From: Callorhinchus milii
Lineage: Eukaryota
Assembly: GCF_018977255.1 (NCBI RefSeq)
Contig: NW_024704743.1
Coordinates: 81,656,001-81,720,000, forward strand
Length of the DNA: 64,000 bases
Reading direction: 5' to 3'
Made by a program: the position numbers and the translations under genes. A model generated the notes under the pieces. The model was not told the DNA's origin. It saw only the letters and a program-made list of their open reading frames with translations, and did not search any database. Below, in pieces: positions 61,893 to 64,000 of this stretch; within the stretch, counting starts at the first letter, position 1, and the number at the start of each line of letters is the position of its first letter.

Positions 61893-62212
61893 GTGGACAT
61901 TGCTATGCACAAGCTAGCTGCCACATTCACTTACAAATATATAATCACTGCACTCTATCGTAAAGCCCGAAATGTGCTTTGAGATGTCGCCACAGTGTGA
62001 TAAAACACAATATCAAATGCAAGGTTTATTATTCTCAGTGTTGAAAAGCTCGTTGAGATCTTCATCCTGATTGCTCTATAAGTGCAGGCAGTTGTTGAAC
62101 AGTCGACAGATTCAGTGAAACGTGTTTGCTGGTATGCAGGAATTTGAATTTCACTGTAACAGTCTGTGGTTAATGCCTGCAGACTACAATTCAGTAGCGC
62201 TCCATATGGGCT

Positions 62213-62625
62213 AATAATAAATAATCCTTGCATTCGATATAGTGCTTATAACACTACACATTTGTCAAAGCACTTGATAAAGTTTGTGTAAATTGTATTT
62301 ATAAATTAATGCAGCAGCCAATTTATGCACAGCAATGTCCTACAAACAGCTTTGAAATGAATGACCTACTTAACTTTGCAAGAAAATTGAGGGATTATTG
62401 GCCAGGACACCAAAAGAAACTCCCTTCTCTTTTAAAATAGTGTCTAGGGATCTATAATGTCTAACTGGACAGGCACACCTTGTTTTTTCTTATCTGAAGG
62501 ATGGCAACACTGATATTAGAGCACTTCACCAGCAGCGCATTGGAGTGTCAGCCTAGACCATGAGTTGAATGTCCCCAATCGGGACTTGAACCTACAACTT
62601 ACTGTCCCAGAATTGAGGGTGGCAC
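62213..62625 (-). mobile_element. Deu-domain SINE, near full length
   Basis: Tail, core (ttggagtgtcagcctaga) and head (gggacttgaacctacaac). Confidence 0.83.
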
Positions 62626-63779
62626 CAGCTGGCTCCAGACTATTAAGAGAAGTACCACTTTTAGAAGAATAGCATGATTATTATTCCCTCCTGGTCCACA
62701 TCCTAGAGATCATTTGCCTCCATGTCTTTCAGATTTCCTCTCTTCATGTACCTGGATCTTTCTCACTTCAAGCCTCCGTATTCTCTTTGATTATGCTAAT
62801 GTTGTATTAGAGCAGTGCTCGGGGTCGAAACGTTCTGATCTTATCAAATGGTTGAGTTGAAAGTTTGATTGATGTAAATGAAAAGATTACCAACACCACA
62901 ATCAATCCCACAACTGAATGTTTGCCAACTCTAACAGGGAATGATCGTGCTGCGGCATAAATTTATTCACTGTTTAATTGGACCAACATGGTGCCTGGAT
63001 CCTACTTGTGAATCTTAACTTCGTGTACAGTGATATTGCTCAAGACCTTATGACCCAAATGAGAAAAGCATTCATTGTCCACTGCTCTTTGCTAAACCAG
63101 AACAGGAACAATAGTAAGTGACAAAGACAGATAGGGAAACTTTCCACACATCATGTGCCAATGATCCCATTGAGAATGAATCTGTCAATGATGGCTGAAG
63201 TGTCACTCTATGTGGAATTCATTCTTCCACCAAATTATCCCACCCAAATTTTTTGTCACATGTGCTTTTTTTTCTTCAATGGATTGATGCTTGCCAACTT
63301 AATGGCATTTCAGATGTTGCCAAAAGCAAAATGAATGCTCAGGTTCAAGTTTAATGTTTTTAGTAAATGTTTGTGCTCTTTGAGCCTTGCGAGGTCAGAG
63401 CCTGGCAGTAAAATGCTTCGCTACTCCAAACATTGACGATCATTGAGCATTTCTGGGTCCCACACCCCCAACTGTAGAATGAAGCTCCCTCTGCAGTGCC
63501 CTTACAATCTACCTTTGTCCCCACCAATATGAATTATTGCCAACAGGAGCCATCCTTGTTATATAGATATCCTGATAATTCGACCCTGACTTAACTTGTC
63601 ACTATCACTTAAGTCATTGTGTTGTCAATATCCCGTTATACATATGCCTAACTCACCACTCGTCACTGAGCTCTTTTCCTTTGAAGTGATGAGTTACCAG
63701 GAGGATACTGTATTTGCCAAAGTTTTGCAATGTTAACAAATCCTAATAAGAGAGGTGACATGGATAATGTGGTGAATTG

Positions 63780-63925
63780 TAGAAATAATCTGTATTTTAT
63801 TGCTTCAGTCAGGGGTATGGGGAACTGGCAGGTAAAAGGGAATGAAAAGATTACTCTTGAAAGAGTTGCATTGACACGATGGGCTGAATAGCCTTCTTCT
63901 TTACTGTAAATTTGTATGGTTCTAA
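63780..63925 (+). mobile_element. CR1 LINE 3' terminus
   Basis: aggggtatggggaactggcagg...gacacgatgggctgaatagccttcttc, homologous to 19130-19250. Confidence 0.78.
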
Positions 63926-64000
63926 ACCCATTCATCCTACCCACCAAGCTTACATCTCCACACTGTCTTTGTTAAGTGCTTTGAGAAGTCCTGCATAAAA

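Noticed and set aside
1..64000. A novel multi-gene or prokaryote-type system
   Set aside because: No intact long ORFs, operon structure or RNA genes were found. The content is explained by vertebrate retroposons, relic DNA elements and putative regulatory DNA.

Overview
This is a 64 kb window of eukaryotic, repeat-dense, apparently non-coding DNA (intergenic or a large intron). I found no host protein-coding exon that I can support. The long ORFs I can interpret are broken ORF2 (reverse transcriptase) remnants of L2- and CR1-clade LINEs or translations of SINE tails; the rest match nothing I recognise. The repeat content is L2 LINEs with (CAA/TTG)n tails, CR1 LINEs with 8-nt tail repeats, Deu-domain (SacSINE1/AmnSINE1-like) SINEs, and a young ~325 bp tRNA-Ala(TGC)-headed SINE with an (ATT)n tail. 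This combination points to a cartilaginous fish, possibly a chimaera such as Callorhinchus; that is an inference from recalled repeat families, not a search result. Most notable observations: (1) a ~0.9 kb inverted duplication that carried ~350 bp of non-L2 flank into the middle of an L2 copy; (2) a conserved SINE 3' hairpin with two alternative 5-nt loops, one identical to the local L2 tail; (3) a visible three-step SINE lineage with reciprocal L2/SINE nesting; (4) two diverged copies of an unclassified coding-like repeat; (5) a Tigger-like palindromic element; (6) a degenerate ~21 bp array; (7) repeat-free, motif-rich blocks that look like conserved enhancers. I found no evidence for a novel multi-gene system. 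Boundaries of old repeats are approximate (about +/-20 bp) and were judged by eye.
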